Part shown: positions 8,687-17,494 of the stretch, piece by piece
Layout: every line of letters starts with the position of its first letter
Numbering within the stretch: the first letter of the stretch is position 1
NCBI GenBank assembly: GCA_047920855.1
Contig: JBLRXG010000001.1
Coordinates: forward strand, 1 to 46,054
Direction of reading: 5' to 3'
Source: Dehalococcoidia bacterium
GTDB taxonomy: Bacteria > Chloroflexota > Dehalococcoidia > GIF9 > AB-539-J10
DNA length: 46,054 nucleotides
Translations under genes and position numbers: made by a program
Notes under the pieces: generated by a model
What the model saw: only the letters and a program-made list of their open reading frames with translations
What the model was told of the DNA's origin: nothing
The model's database searches: none

Positions 8687-8771
8687 GATCAATTTAACCC
8701 GCACTGGAAGGGGCTGTCAATGCTGCTTAGGTACGGGTACTTATGTACCGCCGTCGGGTGTGCCGGCAGTT

Positions 8772-9422
8772 CTAGTCGGCGAAGCTGACCAGCAGTTCGC
8801 TCAAGTCTGAGATCAGGAAGTCGGGGCTCTGTCGCTCAAGTCGCCAACGGGGATGATAGCTCTTCTCTCTGACTATACCCGCGGTGAGCGCCTCTGCCCT
8901 TCTCCCGGCGATCATGTCCTCCTCCATGTCACCCACATAGACGGACTGCCGCGGTGACACCCCGAGCTTCTCCGCAGTCGCGAGAATGGGCCCGGGCGAA
9001 GGCTTCTGTTCGTCACAGTCCTCCTGGCCGGTGATCACATCGAAGTAGGCGTCTATGCCGAGCTTCCCGAGATGATCTCTCAGGAACAGACGAGGGATAT
9101 TGGAGGCCACGCCGAGTATCTTCCCCATTCCCTTCAACGTGCGAAGCACGTCTTCCACCTCGGGGAAAACCGTGACGTCAGGAGCATACCGCGGGTAGGA
9201 CTCACGAAACCTGTCATCGACCTCCCGCAGCAGATCAGGTGGGATTCCATTAGCCATGTGAAACTCGGTGATAGGCAGCCTGAACACCGGCTTGAAGTCC
9301 TCGAGCGTCTGTGGCCCGTCGAATCCGAGCGCAGCGTAGGCATCAAGATTGGCCCTCCAGACGGTGACGATGTCATCGAGAAGCGTACCGCTGGCGTCAA
9401 ACACTATAGCCTTTATCTGCAT
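8772..9422 (-). CDS. HAD-superfamily hydrolase (phosphoglycolate-phosphatase-like)
   Basis: HAD motifs FDASGTLLDD .. ASN .. K .. GDMEED, with a cap between motifs I and II. Confidence 0.85.
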   Translation of the reverse strand: MQIKAIVFDASGTLLDDIVTVWRANLDAYAALGFDGPQTLEDFKPVFRLPITEFHMANGIPPDLLREVDDRFRESYPRYAPDVTVFPEVEDVLRTLKGMGKILGVASNIPRLFLRDHLGKLGIDAYFDVITGQEDCDEQKPSPGPILATAEKLGVSPRQSVYVGDMEEDMIAGRRAEALTAGIVREKSYHPRWRLERQSPDFLISDLSELLVSFAD

Positions 9423-9544
9423 GATCCCATCGGCCTCTATCGGGTCTAACCCGGCGAACGCACCGGATCATCTATGGATAACCGGACCAAGAGTCGGCTC
9501 TGAGGCCGGATTCGACGCCATTATAGCACGAGTAGCGGTCCGGC

Positions 9545-10327
9545 TCAGTCCCGCCTGTTGAACACCCAGATGGCGCCGGTCAAGAACACGGCACCTACCA
9601 TAGCCACCACGATGGCCGAATCCACGATGCCCATGGTGTGACCGAGGATGGTAACCCCGGCCACCTCGGCTCCCAGGAAGGCCTGGCGGATTGCGTCAAT
9701 TCCGTAGGTCACGGGGTTGAGCTTGGACAGCACCTCCAGCCACGTGGCCACCTGGGCAACGGGGAAGAAGATACCGGAGAGAAAGAGCATGGGGAAGATC
9801 ACCAGCTGCATCAGCAACTGAAAGCCCTGCTGGGAGCGCATGCGGGCGCCGATCAACAGTCCCAGCGAGGAAAGGGCGAAAGAGAGAATGAGGAGAAGAG
9901 GGATGAGGGTCAATACTGTGCGAGGCCCGATGGCGACGTTGAGAAAAGGCGCCACCGCCAGCATTATGCCTCCCTGGATGAGGGCGATGATACCGGCGCC
10001 TGCCGCCTTGCCGGCCAGCACGCCGCTGCGGTTGAGGGGTGAGACCAGCACCTCCTTGAGGAAACCAAACTCCCTGTCCCACACGATGGAGACGCCGGAC
10101 ATGACCGATGTCATGAGTATGGGCATGCACAGGATACCAGGGTACATGAACTGGATGTAGTCCACGTCGGGTATTATCTGTCCTATGAGTCTGCCGAAGC
10201 CGGCGCCGAAGATCACGAGAAAGACCAGCGGCATGGAGAAAGAAGAGAACATCCGCGGTCTGTCCTGGATGAAACGCAGGAACTCGCGGTGGGCTATCAC
10301 CCGGACTGAACGAAAGAAGTTGGCCAT
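9545..10327 (-). CDS. ABC-2 type transporter permease
   Basis: 260 aa with 6 TM segments and a typical ABC-2 N-terminus (REFLRFIQDRPRMF). Its start overlaps the ATPase stop by 1 nt. Confidence 0.85.
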   Translation of the reverse strand: MANFFRSVRVIAHREFLRFIQDRPRMFSSFSMPLVFLVIFGAGFGRLIGQIIPDVDYIQFMYPGILCMPILMTSVMSGVSIVWDREFGFLKEVLVSPLNRSGVLAGKAAGAGIIALIQGGIMLAVAPFLNVAIGPRTVLTLIPLLLILSFALSSLGLLIGARMRSQQGFQLLMQLVIFPMLFLSGIFFPVAQVATWLEVLSKLNPVTYGIDAIRQAFLGAEVAGVTILGHTMGIVDSAIVVAMVGAVFLTGAIWVFNRRD

Positions 10328-11322
10328 TATCTCCCGCGTCTTCTCCCCCTGATCATCTGCTTCATCTCATGCATCGGGCCGGCCTCTTGCTCCCTGATGC
10401 TGCGTCCGGTAACCTGCAGAAAGACATCCTCCAGGGTAGGACGGGCCAGGCCCACCGAGTTTATCGGCACGGGGAAACCGGACACGAAGCCGGGCAGGAA
10501 CTCCTCGCCGCGGGGCACGGTGAAACTGATGACGCCGTTCCTCATGCTTGGAGTGAGCTTGTAGTGCCCCACCAGCACACGCATCGCCTCGTCGTTGTCC
10601 TCGGTCCTGACCGAGATGACATCGCCGCCAACACCGTCTTTCAGTGCTTCCAGGGTGTCCATGACCACGATCCGGCCGTAGTCTATGATGGCGACACGGT
10701 CGCAGTTCTCGGCCTCATCCATGTAGTGGGTGGTCATGAAGATGGTCAGGTTATCCCGCTTGCGCAGGTCATGGATATAATCCCAGATACGGCGACGGGT
10801 CTGCGGATCCAGCCCCAGGGTGGGCTCGTCGAGGAAGAGCACCCTGGGACGGTGCAAGAGGCCGCGGGCTATCTCGAGGCGGCGTTTCATTCCGCCGGAG
10901 TAGGTTCTGATCTTGGCTTTGCGCCTGTCCCACAGCTCCACCATCTCCAGCAACTCCTTCAGACGCGACTCCAGAACATCCCTGGGGACGGCATAAGCGT
11001 AGCCGTGGAAACGCAGATTCTGTTCAGCCGTCAGGTAGTCGTCGAGCGTCGACTCCTGGAAGATGAGGCCTATCGACTCGCGCACCTTCCTGCATTCTTT
11101 GACAACGTCATATCCGTTGACCCGGGCCTCTCCGGCGGTAGGATAGAGAAGGGTGCAGAGTATGTTTATGGCCGTGGTCTTGCCCGCCCCGTTAGGGCCC
11201 AGAAAGCCGAATATCTCGCCCTCGCGGACTGTGAAGGATACGCCCCTCACCGCCTCGAGCTTGCCGAACCTCTTCACAAGGTCACTGACTTCGATCACAT
11301 TCATCGGTTCCTCCACCGTCAC
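10327..11322 (-). CDS. ABC transporter ATP-binding protein (DrrA-like)
   Basis: Walker [10 protein letters not shown], signature YSGGMKRRL, Walker B VLFLDEPT. Alternative start at 11304. Confidence 0.9.
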   Translation of the reverse strand: MTVEEPMNVIEVSDLVKRFGKLEAVRGVSFTVREGEIFGFLGPNGAGKTTAINILCTLLYPTAGEARVNGYDVVKECRKVRESIGLIFQESTLDDYLTAEQNLRFHGYAYAVPRDVLESRLKELLEMVELWDRRKAKIRTYSGGMKRRLEIARGLLHRPRVLFLDEPTLGLDPQTRRRIWDYIHDLRKRDNLTIFMTTHYMDEAENCDRVAIIDYGRIVVMDTLEALKDGVGGDVISVRTEDNDEAMRVLVGHYKLTPSMRNGVISFTVPRGEEFLPGFVSGFPVPINSVGLARPTLEDVFLQVTGRSIREQEAGPMHEMKQMIRGRRRGR

Positions 11323-11746
11323 TGAGAACTTCTACCAGTGCCTCCAGTCCCGTCCGCAGGGACACCAGGGCTGCATCCGGCATCTTCTCCAGCACCTCCC
11401 TCATTCTGGCAGCTCCCAGCGCCCGCAGCCGCTCCACCTCACCTCTTCCCTCCTCAGTTAGAGAAAGGACGCAGCTACGGCGGTCGGCCGGGTTTTCCCG
11501 GCGGCTAACCAGTCCCTTCTTCACCAGCCGGTCGATGGGCCCTGTGACATTGGCCCTGGCTACACCGAACGATGTCGCCACCTGACCCGGCGAACTCCTT
11601 CCTCTGGCGTAGAGCAGGAACATTATGCGTAACTGCTCCCGCGTCACCCTGAGATCGAGCCAGGGGTGAGGCTCCCGGGCCCGGGCGGAGAGCATGAGGT
11701 CCTTCATCAACCCCACTACGCACTCGATATACTCGCTCTTGCTCAT
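11282..11746 (-). CDS. MarR family transcriptional regulator
   Basis: MarR wHTH (LRIMFLLYARGRSSPGQVATSFGVARANVTGPIDRLVKKGLVSRRENPADRRS). The start could instead be 11782. The 3' end overlaps the ABC ATPase start. Confidence 0.8.
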   Translation of the reverse strand: MSKSEYIECVVGLMKDLMLSARAREPHPWLDLRVTREQLRIMFLLYARGRSSPGQVATSFGVARANVTGPIDRLVKKGLVSRRENPADRRSCVLSLTEEGRGEVERLRALGAARMREVLEKMPDAALVSLRTGLEALVEVLSDGGGTDECDRSQ

Positions 11747-11769
11747 AACCGAACGGCCCTGAGAATTGT

Positions 11770-11800
11770 CAACATCACGCATATAATATAGCTGATGTTG
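11770..11800. promoter_or_regulatory. 8-bp inverted repeat CAACATCA-N15-TGATGTTG enclosing TATAAT; candidate MarR operator in the divergent promoter region
   Basis: Read directly. It sits between the divergent marR (minus) and the 11891 gene (plus). Confidence 0.45.
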
Positions 11801-11890
11801 AGTAATGTAAAGCTTAGCAGCCAGGCATGGCTAGCAGTGCAACCTTTCTCGGTCTTCTGCGTTATACTTGTGAGGAGGAGGTGACCTATC

Positions 11891-12268
11891 ATGAACAAGG
11901 AATCTCTGAGAATGAATCTGTCGCGAGGCCGCTTCCTTGTAATAGTCATCGCTGCTTTTTCTCTGGTGGGATACGCTCTAGCATCGGGCCCGCTCAGCGG
12001 AGCGGCGCCCGATCCCGAATGGGCTAAGCCTCTGGTGGAGCTAGCAAAGGCAGACCTTGCCGGGCGCAAGGGCATAGAGAAGGAGCAGATTGCAGTGGTG
12101 TCGGTGAAGGCAGTGGAATGGCCGGACGCCAGCCTCGGTTGCCCGGAACCGGGAATGTTCTATGCCCAGGTCATCACCCCCGGTTGCCGGATCCTGCTCT
12201 CACACGACGGACAGACTTACCGGTACCACACCGACCGGGTCAGCCGCGTAGTCCTCTGCGGAGAATAG
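11891..12268 (+). CDS. secreted hypothetical protein
   Basis: GGAGGAGGTG lies 8 nt upstream of the ATG. It has an N-terminal signal/TM segment (FLVIVIAAFSLVGYALA) and a conserved-looking core WPDASLGCPEPGMFYAQVITPG. No family recognised. Confidence 0.55.
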   Translation: MNKESLRMNLSRGRFLVIVIAAFSLVGYALASGPLSGAAPDPEWAKPLVELAKADLAGRKGIEKEQIAVVSVKAVEWPDASLGCPEPGMFYAQVITPGCRILLSHDGQTYRYHTDRVSRVVLCGE

Positions 12269-12317
12269 CCGACCTCAGGTCGATCGCGGTGCTCCCGGTT
12301 ACCGATCCTGCCTTTGC

Positions 12318-13145
12318 TCACATGCTCTGACATTGCCCGCAGTAATAGACACTGCCGCCCATGTAGGCTTCCTTCTTGATCAGTGTCCCGCACGACGGGC
12401 ATGGTTTGCCCGCCGTCTTCCTGCTCAGTATCGTGCTGTAACCGCCCGGTTCGCCAAACAGATCCAGTTCGGTGTCCCTACCTCCCTGCACCGCCATCCT
12501 GGAAATGGTCGTCTTCACGGAGTCAAACAGCATCTCTCTGTCTTCAACGCCGAGGGTGTTCACCTTCTTCCTGGGGTGCATCCCGGCGTTGAACAGAATG
12601 TCCTGCAGGATGCCGTTGCCCAGCCCCGGGATTCTCTGCTCGGTAGCCAGCAGACCCTTCAGGCTCAGCTTCTGCGCCGCATCGTCGCCGACTATCCGAT
12701 CGAAATAGGCCTTATCGAACTCCGGGGAGAGAGGAGGCGGCTTCTCCCCGGCCACCCTGTAATAGCGGTTGTCCAGTTCACCGTCGGGGAATACCCCGAG
12801 TCCGCCGTACATCCGGACTGAGGCACTAAGAGCCGTACTATCATCGAACTCAAGCAGGAGCTGGTGCCTGGCAGGACGCGGCTTCCCGGCGTCGTGAAAT
12901 CTGATAGCGACTCCCTCCCCCAGTAGAAGCCTCGTGTCGCCGACCTCGATCTCCACCATGCTGCCCAGAGGAACGGCCTTCCCTACACTCCTGCCCACAA
13001 GCAGGCCGGGATACGTCGGAGGCTCTCCGTAGTACCATGCCAGCTTGTGAGGAGTATGAGCCACGGTCACGCCGGCGATCCTCTTTCCGGTGACGGTATC
13101 GTGAAGCTGAAGGGCAATGTTCACGGCCTCGGGCAGTTCAATCAT
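12318..13145 (-). CDS. Fpg/Nei family DNA glycosylase/AP lyase
   Basis: N-terminus MIELPEA, H2TH (IPGLGNGILQDILFNAGMHP) and a C-terminal zinc finger CPSCG..YYCGQCQ. Confidence 0.85.
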   Translation of the reverse strand: MIELPEAVNIALQLHDTVTGKRIAGVTVAHTPHKLAWYYGEPPTYPGLLVGRSVGKAVPLGSMVEIEVGDTRLLLGEGVAIRFHDAGKPRPARHQLLLEFDDSTALSASVRMYGGLGVFPDGELDNRYYRVAGEKPPPLSPEFDKAYFDRIVGDDAAQKLSLKGLLATEQRIPGLGNGILQDILFNAGMHPRKKVNTLGVEDREMLFDSVKTTISRMAVQGGRDTELDLFGEPGGYSTILSRKTAGKPCPSCGTLIKKEAYMGGSVYYCGQCQSM

Positions 13146-13328
13146 GGCAGCACCCCCACGGCCTGGCTGCCGCCACGGGCAGCGGCCTACATCATATAGT
13201 TATGGATTATAGCACCGCGGCAGAGCGGGCAACAGCGCCGCGGTGTCTTGCGCCCATGCCGCAGGCTTCATACATCGGCGCAGGCTGGTATATAATGCCG
13301 GATAGCCTGCCCACCAGCACGCTGACAG

Positions 13329-14417
13329 ATGGAGATTCAGAGGAAACCTTTCGATGCCGTCGCTCCCGGGCCGGTTGCCATCTTCGGTTCGGGAGAGACC
13401 TCTGCCAGCGGACGCAGAGTCTACGAGTGGCTATTCCGCCGGTCATCTCCCCCGGTCCGGGTGTCCGTGCTTGAGACGCCGGCCGGCTTTCAGCCCAACT
13501 CGGCCCAGGTTGCGGGCAAAGTGGGCGATTTCCTGCGCCGCCACCTGCAGAACCACCGGCCGGTCATCGATATAGTTCCCGCGCGGAGGCGAGGCGATCA
13601 CCTCGGTACCGACGATGAGGGCATCCTCTCTCCCGTCCTATCGGCGGACATGATCTTCCTGGGACCCGGCAGTCCCACCTACGCAGTCCGGCACCTGCAG
13701 GGAAGCATCGCCTGGCACACAATCCAGGCCTGTCACCGCCAGGGAGCATCCCTTGTGCTGGCGAGCAGCGCAGCGATCGCCGCCGGCGCCAGGGCGCTGC
13801 CTGTGTATGAGATCTATAAGGCGGGCGAAGACCTGCACTGGCGGGATGGACTCGACCTGTTCGGCCCGTACGGCCTATCGCTGGTTTTTGTCTCGCACTG
13901 GAACAACACCGAGGGCGGTTCCGAGCTTGATACCAGCCGCTGTTACATGGGTGCTGCGCGCTTCCACCGCCTGCTGGAGATGCTGCCACCCGACCTCACT
14001 GTCGTGGGCGTAGACGAGCATACCGCCCTCCTGCTAGACCCGGCGGAGGAGAATTGCCGGGTGATGGGGAGAGGCGGCGTGACTCTCTTGAGAAGTGGAC
14101 AGGAGGACATGTTTGGCTCCGGTCAGACCTTCCCCATAACCGAGTTGGGCCGGTTGCGCAGCATCGACCCCCGGAGCGGTGTTCCCGTTGGCATATGGGC
14201 GCGCGTCGCGGAAGCCAGGCACAGGTCACCTGATGCCGCCGTTTCTGAGCCTCCTCCGGAAGTCCTATCACTCGTGGAGGCAAGAGAAAAGGCGCGGTCG
14301 AGTGCCGACTGGAAGGCTTCGGACGCTCTGCGCGAGCAGATCCGCGTGTCGGGCTGGAGAATCGAGGATACGCCCGGCGGCCCTCAGTTGACCCCTACCT
14401 GCGATGCTGCTGAGTGA
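13329..14417 (+). CDS. hypothetical fusion: peptidase-S51/GATase1-like N-domain plus CysRS-C-terminal-like domain
   Basis: The C-terminus LVEAREKARSSADWKASDALREQIRVSGWRIEDTPGGPQL resembles the C-terminal extension of cysteinyl-tRNA synthetase. The N-terminal domain assignment is weak. Confidence 0.55.
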   Translation: MEIQRKPFDAVAPGPVAIFGSGETSASGRRVYEWLFRRSSPPVRVSVLETPAGFQPNSAQVAGKVGDFLRRHLQNHRPVIDIVPARRRGDHLGTDDEGILSPVLSADMIFLGPGSPTYAVRHLQGSIAWHTIQACHRQGASLVLASSAAIAAGARALPVYEIYKAGEDLHWRDGLDLFGPYGLSLVFVSHWNNTEGGSELDTSRCYMGAARFHRLLEMLPPDLTVVGVDEHTALLLDPAEENCRVMGRGGVTLLRSGQEDMFGSGQTFPITELGRLRSIDPRSGVPVGIWARVAEARHRSPDAAVSEPPPEVLSLVEAREKARSSADWKASDALREQIRVSGWRIEDTPGGPQLTPTCDAAE

Positions 14418-14503
14418 CCGGGTAGAAAAATTCACGCGCTTGCGTTAGAGTAGTCGTTGGGAACCACCATGGATTGCCTATCGGGGTGAGAAAGGAGGCC
14501 GGT

Positions 14504-16411
14504 TTGAAGGAGCTAACGATCAGTTCTGATGCGCCCGGGCACAGGCTCTTCGCACTGGGCAATGAGGCAATAGCCAGAGGGGCGATAGAGGCAGGGGTCC
14601 AGGTGGCTGCCGCCTATCCCGGTACCCCATCGAGCGAGATAGTGGGAACACTGGCAGACGTCGCCAAAGAGCTTGACATATACGTTGAGTGGTCGACCAA
14701 CGAGAAGGTAGCCTTTGAGGTCGCGCTGGGCGCTTCCATATGCGGTGTAAGGGCGATGACGGCGATGAAGCACGTGGGCATGAACGTCGCTCATGATCCG
14801 CTGATGACGGCCTCTCATATAGGAGCAATAGGAGGATTCGTGCTGGTGGTGGCCGACGACCCCCGGGCCTGGAGTTCGCAGAACGAGCAGGACAGCCGCT
14901 ATATCGCGCTGCAAGGGTACATTCCGGTTCTTGAACCGTCCTCCGTCCAGGAAGCGAAGGACATGATGGCCGACGCCTTCAGGCTGTCCGAGGAGTTCGG
15001 GCAGCTCTTCATGCTCAGGTCGGTGACCAGGATAAGCCACGGACGCGGCGACATCGTGCTCGGCCATATGTCACGGGAAAGAAGAAAGGGAGCCTTTGAG
15101 AAAAACCCGGACCGGCTGGCCTATGTGCCCCGCGTGGCCAGACTGAACAAACCGCTCATGCTGGAGAGATTCCGGAGGATAGAGGAGACCGCGGACACGC
15201 TGCCCTACAACCGCCTTGAGGTGAAGGACAGGGCCAAACTGGGAGTCATCGCCTGCGGCCTTTCGTACAGCTACACCCTGGAGGCCGTGCAGTGGCTGGG
15301 ACTTGAAGACGAGGTCTCTATTCTCAAGATCGGAACGCCGCACCCCCTTCCCAAGAAGCTCATAATGGAACTGCTACGGTCGGTGCCGGAGGTACTGGTG
15401 GTCGAGGAACTGGACCCCTTCGTTGAACTTCATGTCAAAGCTATGGTTGGCGAGCGCAGTATACCGACCAGAGTACACGGAAAGGACATCGTGCCCGGGA
15501 TAGGAGAGCTATCTACCAGGAAGGTCACCGAGGCCATTGCCGAGATCACCGAAAGCAGACTACCGGTCGATTTCGCCGGACTCGACCGGCTGGAGCGGGA
15601 GGCAGCCTCACTTCTGCCGTCGCGACCGCCGGCCCTGTGCCCCGGTTGCTCCCACCGCGCCTCCTTTCGGGCGATCAGCATGGCCGCACAGAGAGTAGCC
15701 AGAGACTATGGCAAAGGCGTAGAGCCGATCTACCCCGGCGATATCGGCTGCTACACGCTGGCCCTGACCCCTCCGCAGAATGCCGTCGATACCTGCGTCT
15801 GTATGGGCGGGAGCTTCGGACTTGCCAACGGCATGGCACACGTGGTCGAGGCCCCTATAATAGCCCACCTGGGCGATTCCACCTTCTTCCATTCCGGAAT
15901 ACCGCCCCTGATAAACGCCGTCTACAACAGGGCGAACATCACCATGGTCGTGCTCGACAACTCGGCCACGGCCATGACCGGCTTCCAGCCTCACCCGGGC
16001 ACCGGCCACACAGCTACCGGAGACGAAGCCGTATCGCTTAAGGCAGAGGACATAGCCAGAGCCTGCGGAGTCGGGTTCGTAGAGGTAGTCGATCCCCGAC
16101 ATCTGAAAGCCGCAGCGGATACCATAGAGAACGCGATCAGGTTCCCGGGGCCGGCGGTCGTTGTATCGAGGGCGCCGTGTGCCACGATCGAGTTGAGGGA
16201 GAAGAGACAGGCGGGAGAGAAGGTGATTCCCTACTACATCGACCAGGACAAATGTGATCCCAGGTGCAACGCATGCATCAAGCTCCTGGGGTGTCCGGCG
16301 ATAATAAAGCAGGACGAGAAGAAGATCATCGATTCGCCGCTATGCACCGGTTGCGGGCTGTGTGCACAGGTCTGCCCTCACAAAGCGATAGTACAGGAGC
16401 AAGAAAGATGA
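14504..16411 (+). CDS. iorA: indolepyruvate:ferredoxin oxidoreductase alpha subunit
   Basis: TPP-enzyme domains plus C-terminal 2x[4Fe-4S] motifs (CDPRCNACIKLLGCP; CTGCGLCAQVCP). A TTG start at 14504 follows GAAAGGAGG; the ORF-track start is 14474. Confidence 0.9.
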   Translation: MKELTISSDAPGHRLFALGNEAIARGAIEAGVQVAAAYPGTPSSEIVGTLADVAKELDIYVEWSTNEKVAFEVALGASICGVRAMTAMKHVGMNVAHDPLMTASHIGAIGGFVLVVADDPRAWSSQNEQDSRYIALQGYIPVLEPSSVQEAKDMMADAFRLSEEFGQLFMLRSVTRISHGRGDIVLGHMSRERRKGAFEKNPDRLAYVPRVARLNKPLMLERFRRIEETADTLPYNRLEVKDRAKLGVIACGLSYSYTLEAVQWLGLEDEVSILKIGTPHPLPKKLIMELLRSVPEVLVVEELDPFVELHVKAMVGERSIPTRVHGKDIVPGIGELSTRKVTEAIAEITESRLPVDFAGLDRLEREAASLLPSRPPALCPGCSHRASFRAISMAAQRVARDYGKGVEPIYPGDIGCYTLALTPPQNAVDTCVCMGGSFGLANGMAHVVEAPIIAHLGDSTFFHSGIPPLINAVYNRANITMVVLDNSATAMTGFQPHPGTGHTATGDEAVSLKAEDIARACGVGFVEVVDPRHLKAAADTIENAIRFPGPAVVVSRAPCATIELREKRQAGEKVIPYYIDQDKCDPRCNACIKLLGCPAIIKQDEKKIIDSPLCTGCGLCAQVCPHKAIVQEQER

Positions 16412-17007
16412 TGAACGAGTTCAACGTTCTCCTTGCCGGTGTGGGCGGACAGGGGGTGATCCTGATGTCGGAGTTGCTGGGAAAGGCAGCGATCGCCGAT
16501 GGCCTCAGGGTCAGGGGCTCCGAGATACTGGGGATGGCAGTGAGGGGCGGTTCGGTGACCAGCATCATCAGGATCGGAGAGGACGTTCACGGCCCGCTCG
16601 TCCCGCAGGGCAAGTGCCACATCCTGATTGGACTCGAGCCCTCAGAGGCACTCAGACATGCAAGCTACCTGGCGCAGTCGGGCCTTGTGATACTGAATAC
16701 TACACCTATAATCCCCTTCACCGTGTCCCTCGGCCAGAGCGATTATCCGGAGCTCGCCCGGATACTGGAGAGGCTGAATCGGGTTGTCAGCAGGGTTATC
16801 AGACTGGATGCTGCGAAGGCTGCCTTAGAGGCCGGCAGCCCCTTAGCCACCAACATCGTGATGCTGGGCGCGCTCTTCGGCGTGGAACTGCTGCCGGTGA
16901 AGACGTCGACGATAAAGGAGACCATCGAGGCGCGTTTCTCGCCGAGGCTGGCGCCTATCAACCTCAGAGCCTTCGACCTCGGCTACGAGGCGGCCGGCAA
17001 GCACTAG
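16408..17007 (+). CDS. iorB: indolepyruvate:ferredoxin oxidoreductase beta subunit
   Basis: N-terminus MMNEFNVLLAGVGGQGV. ATGA start/stop overlap with iorA. Confidence 0.9.
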   Translation: MMNEFNVLLAGVGGQGVILMSELLGKAAIADGLRVRGSEILGMAVRGGSVTSIIRIGEDVHGPLVPQGKCHILIGLEPSEALRHASYLAQSGLVILNTTPIIPFTVSLGQSDYPELARILERLNRVVSRVIRLDAAKAALEAGSPLATNIVMLGALFGVELLPVKTSTIKETIEARFSPRLAPINLRAFDLGYEAAGKH

Positions 17008-17116
17008 GAAGGCCCCGTCTACGCTATCAGGGGGAGGCATCTGCGCGCCTGCCTCAAGTCAGAACTGCCACCGGGATTTCTGTAGCCCGGTGCCCCGTGG
17101 TAGAATATATTCGAGA

Positions 17117-17392
17117 ATGGGCACAGAAGAAGACCTCAACAGGCAACTCGAGGACATACTGGCCACGATAGGCGAGGCCAAGAGGGAGTTGAAGGCCCTG
17201 CGGAGACATCCGGCCGAGGGGGCAAGGGGAAAGGCAGCGGCCAGCTTCATCAGTGGCAAGGAGCGGATGATCCAGGCCGAGGAGGCCGAGAAGCATCTGG
17301 ACGGGTTGAAGCGGCAGGAAGGTGAGATTCGCGCCAGGTTGCGCTCGCAGGGAGACCAACGGAGTGCGGAGGAGCCAGAGCCTGAAACGTGA
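17117..17392 (+). CDS. small charged coiled-coil hypothetical protein
   Basis: ORF with heptad-like charged sequence. No family recognised. Start uncertain (17090 or 17117). Confidence 0.35.
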   Translation: MGTEEDLNRQLEDILATIGEAKRELKALRRHPAEGARGKAAASFISGKERMIQAEEAEKHLDGLKRQEGEIRARLRSQGDQRSAEEPEPET

Positions 17393-17494
17393 TCATCCAG
17401 CGGGACCAGTTGCCCGACCGTATCTGCCTTCATTTCACGGTTCTATTGACGTGGCTACCTATCTTCCGATGAACTATTCCAGGAGAGGTGCATT

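Noticed and set aside
8536-8720. Cobalamin riboswitch (AGGGAA and GCACTGG-like strings)
   Set aside because: There is no B12 box (AGCCAGGAGACCUGCC-like) and no downstream gene on either strand to regulate.
10369-11325. 318-aa plus-strand ORF
   Set aside because: It is exactly antisense to the ABC ATPase, whose Walker A/B and signature motifs are unambiguous. It has a biased Gly/Arg/His composition typical of shadow ORFs in GC-rich DNA.
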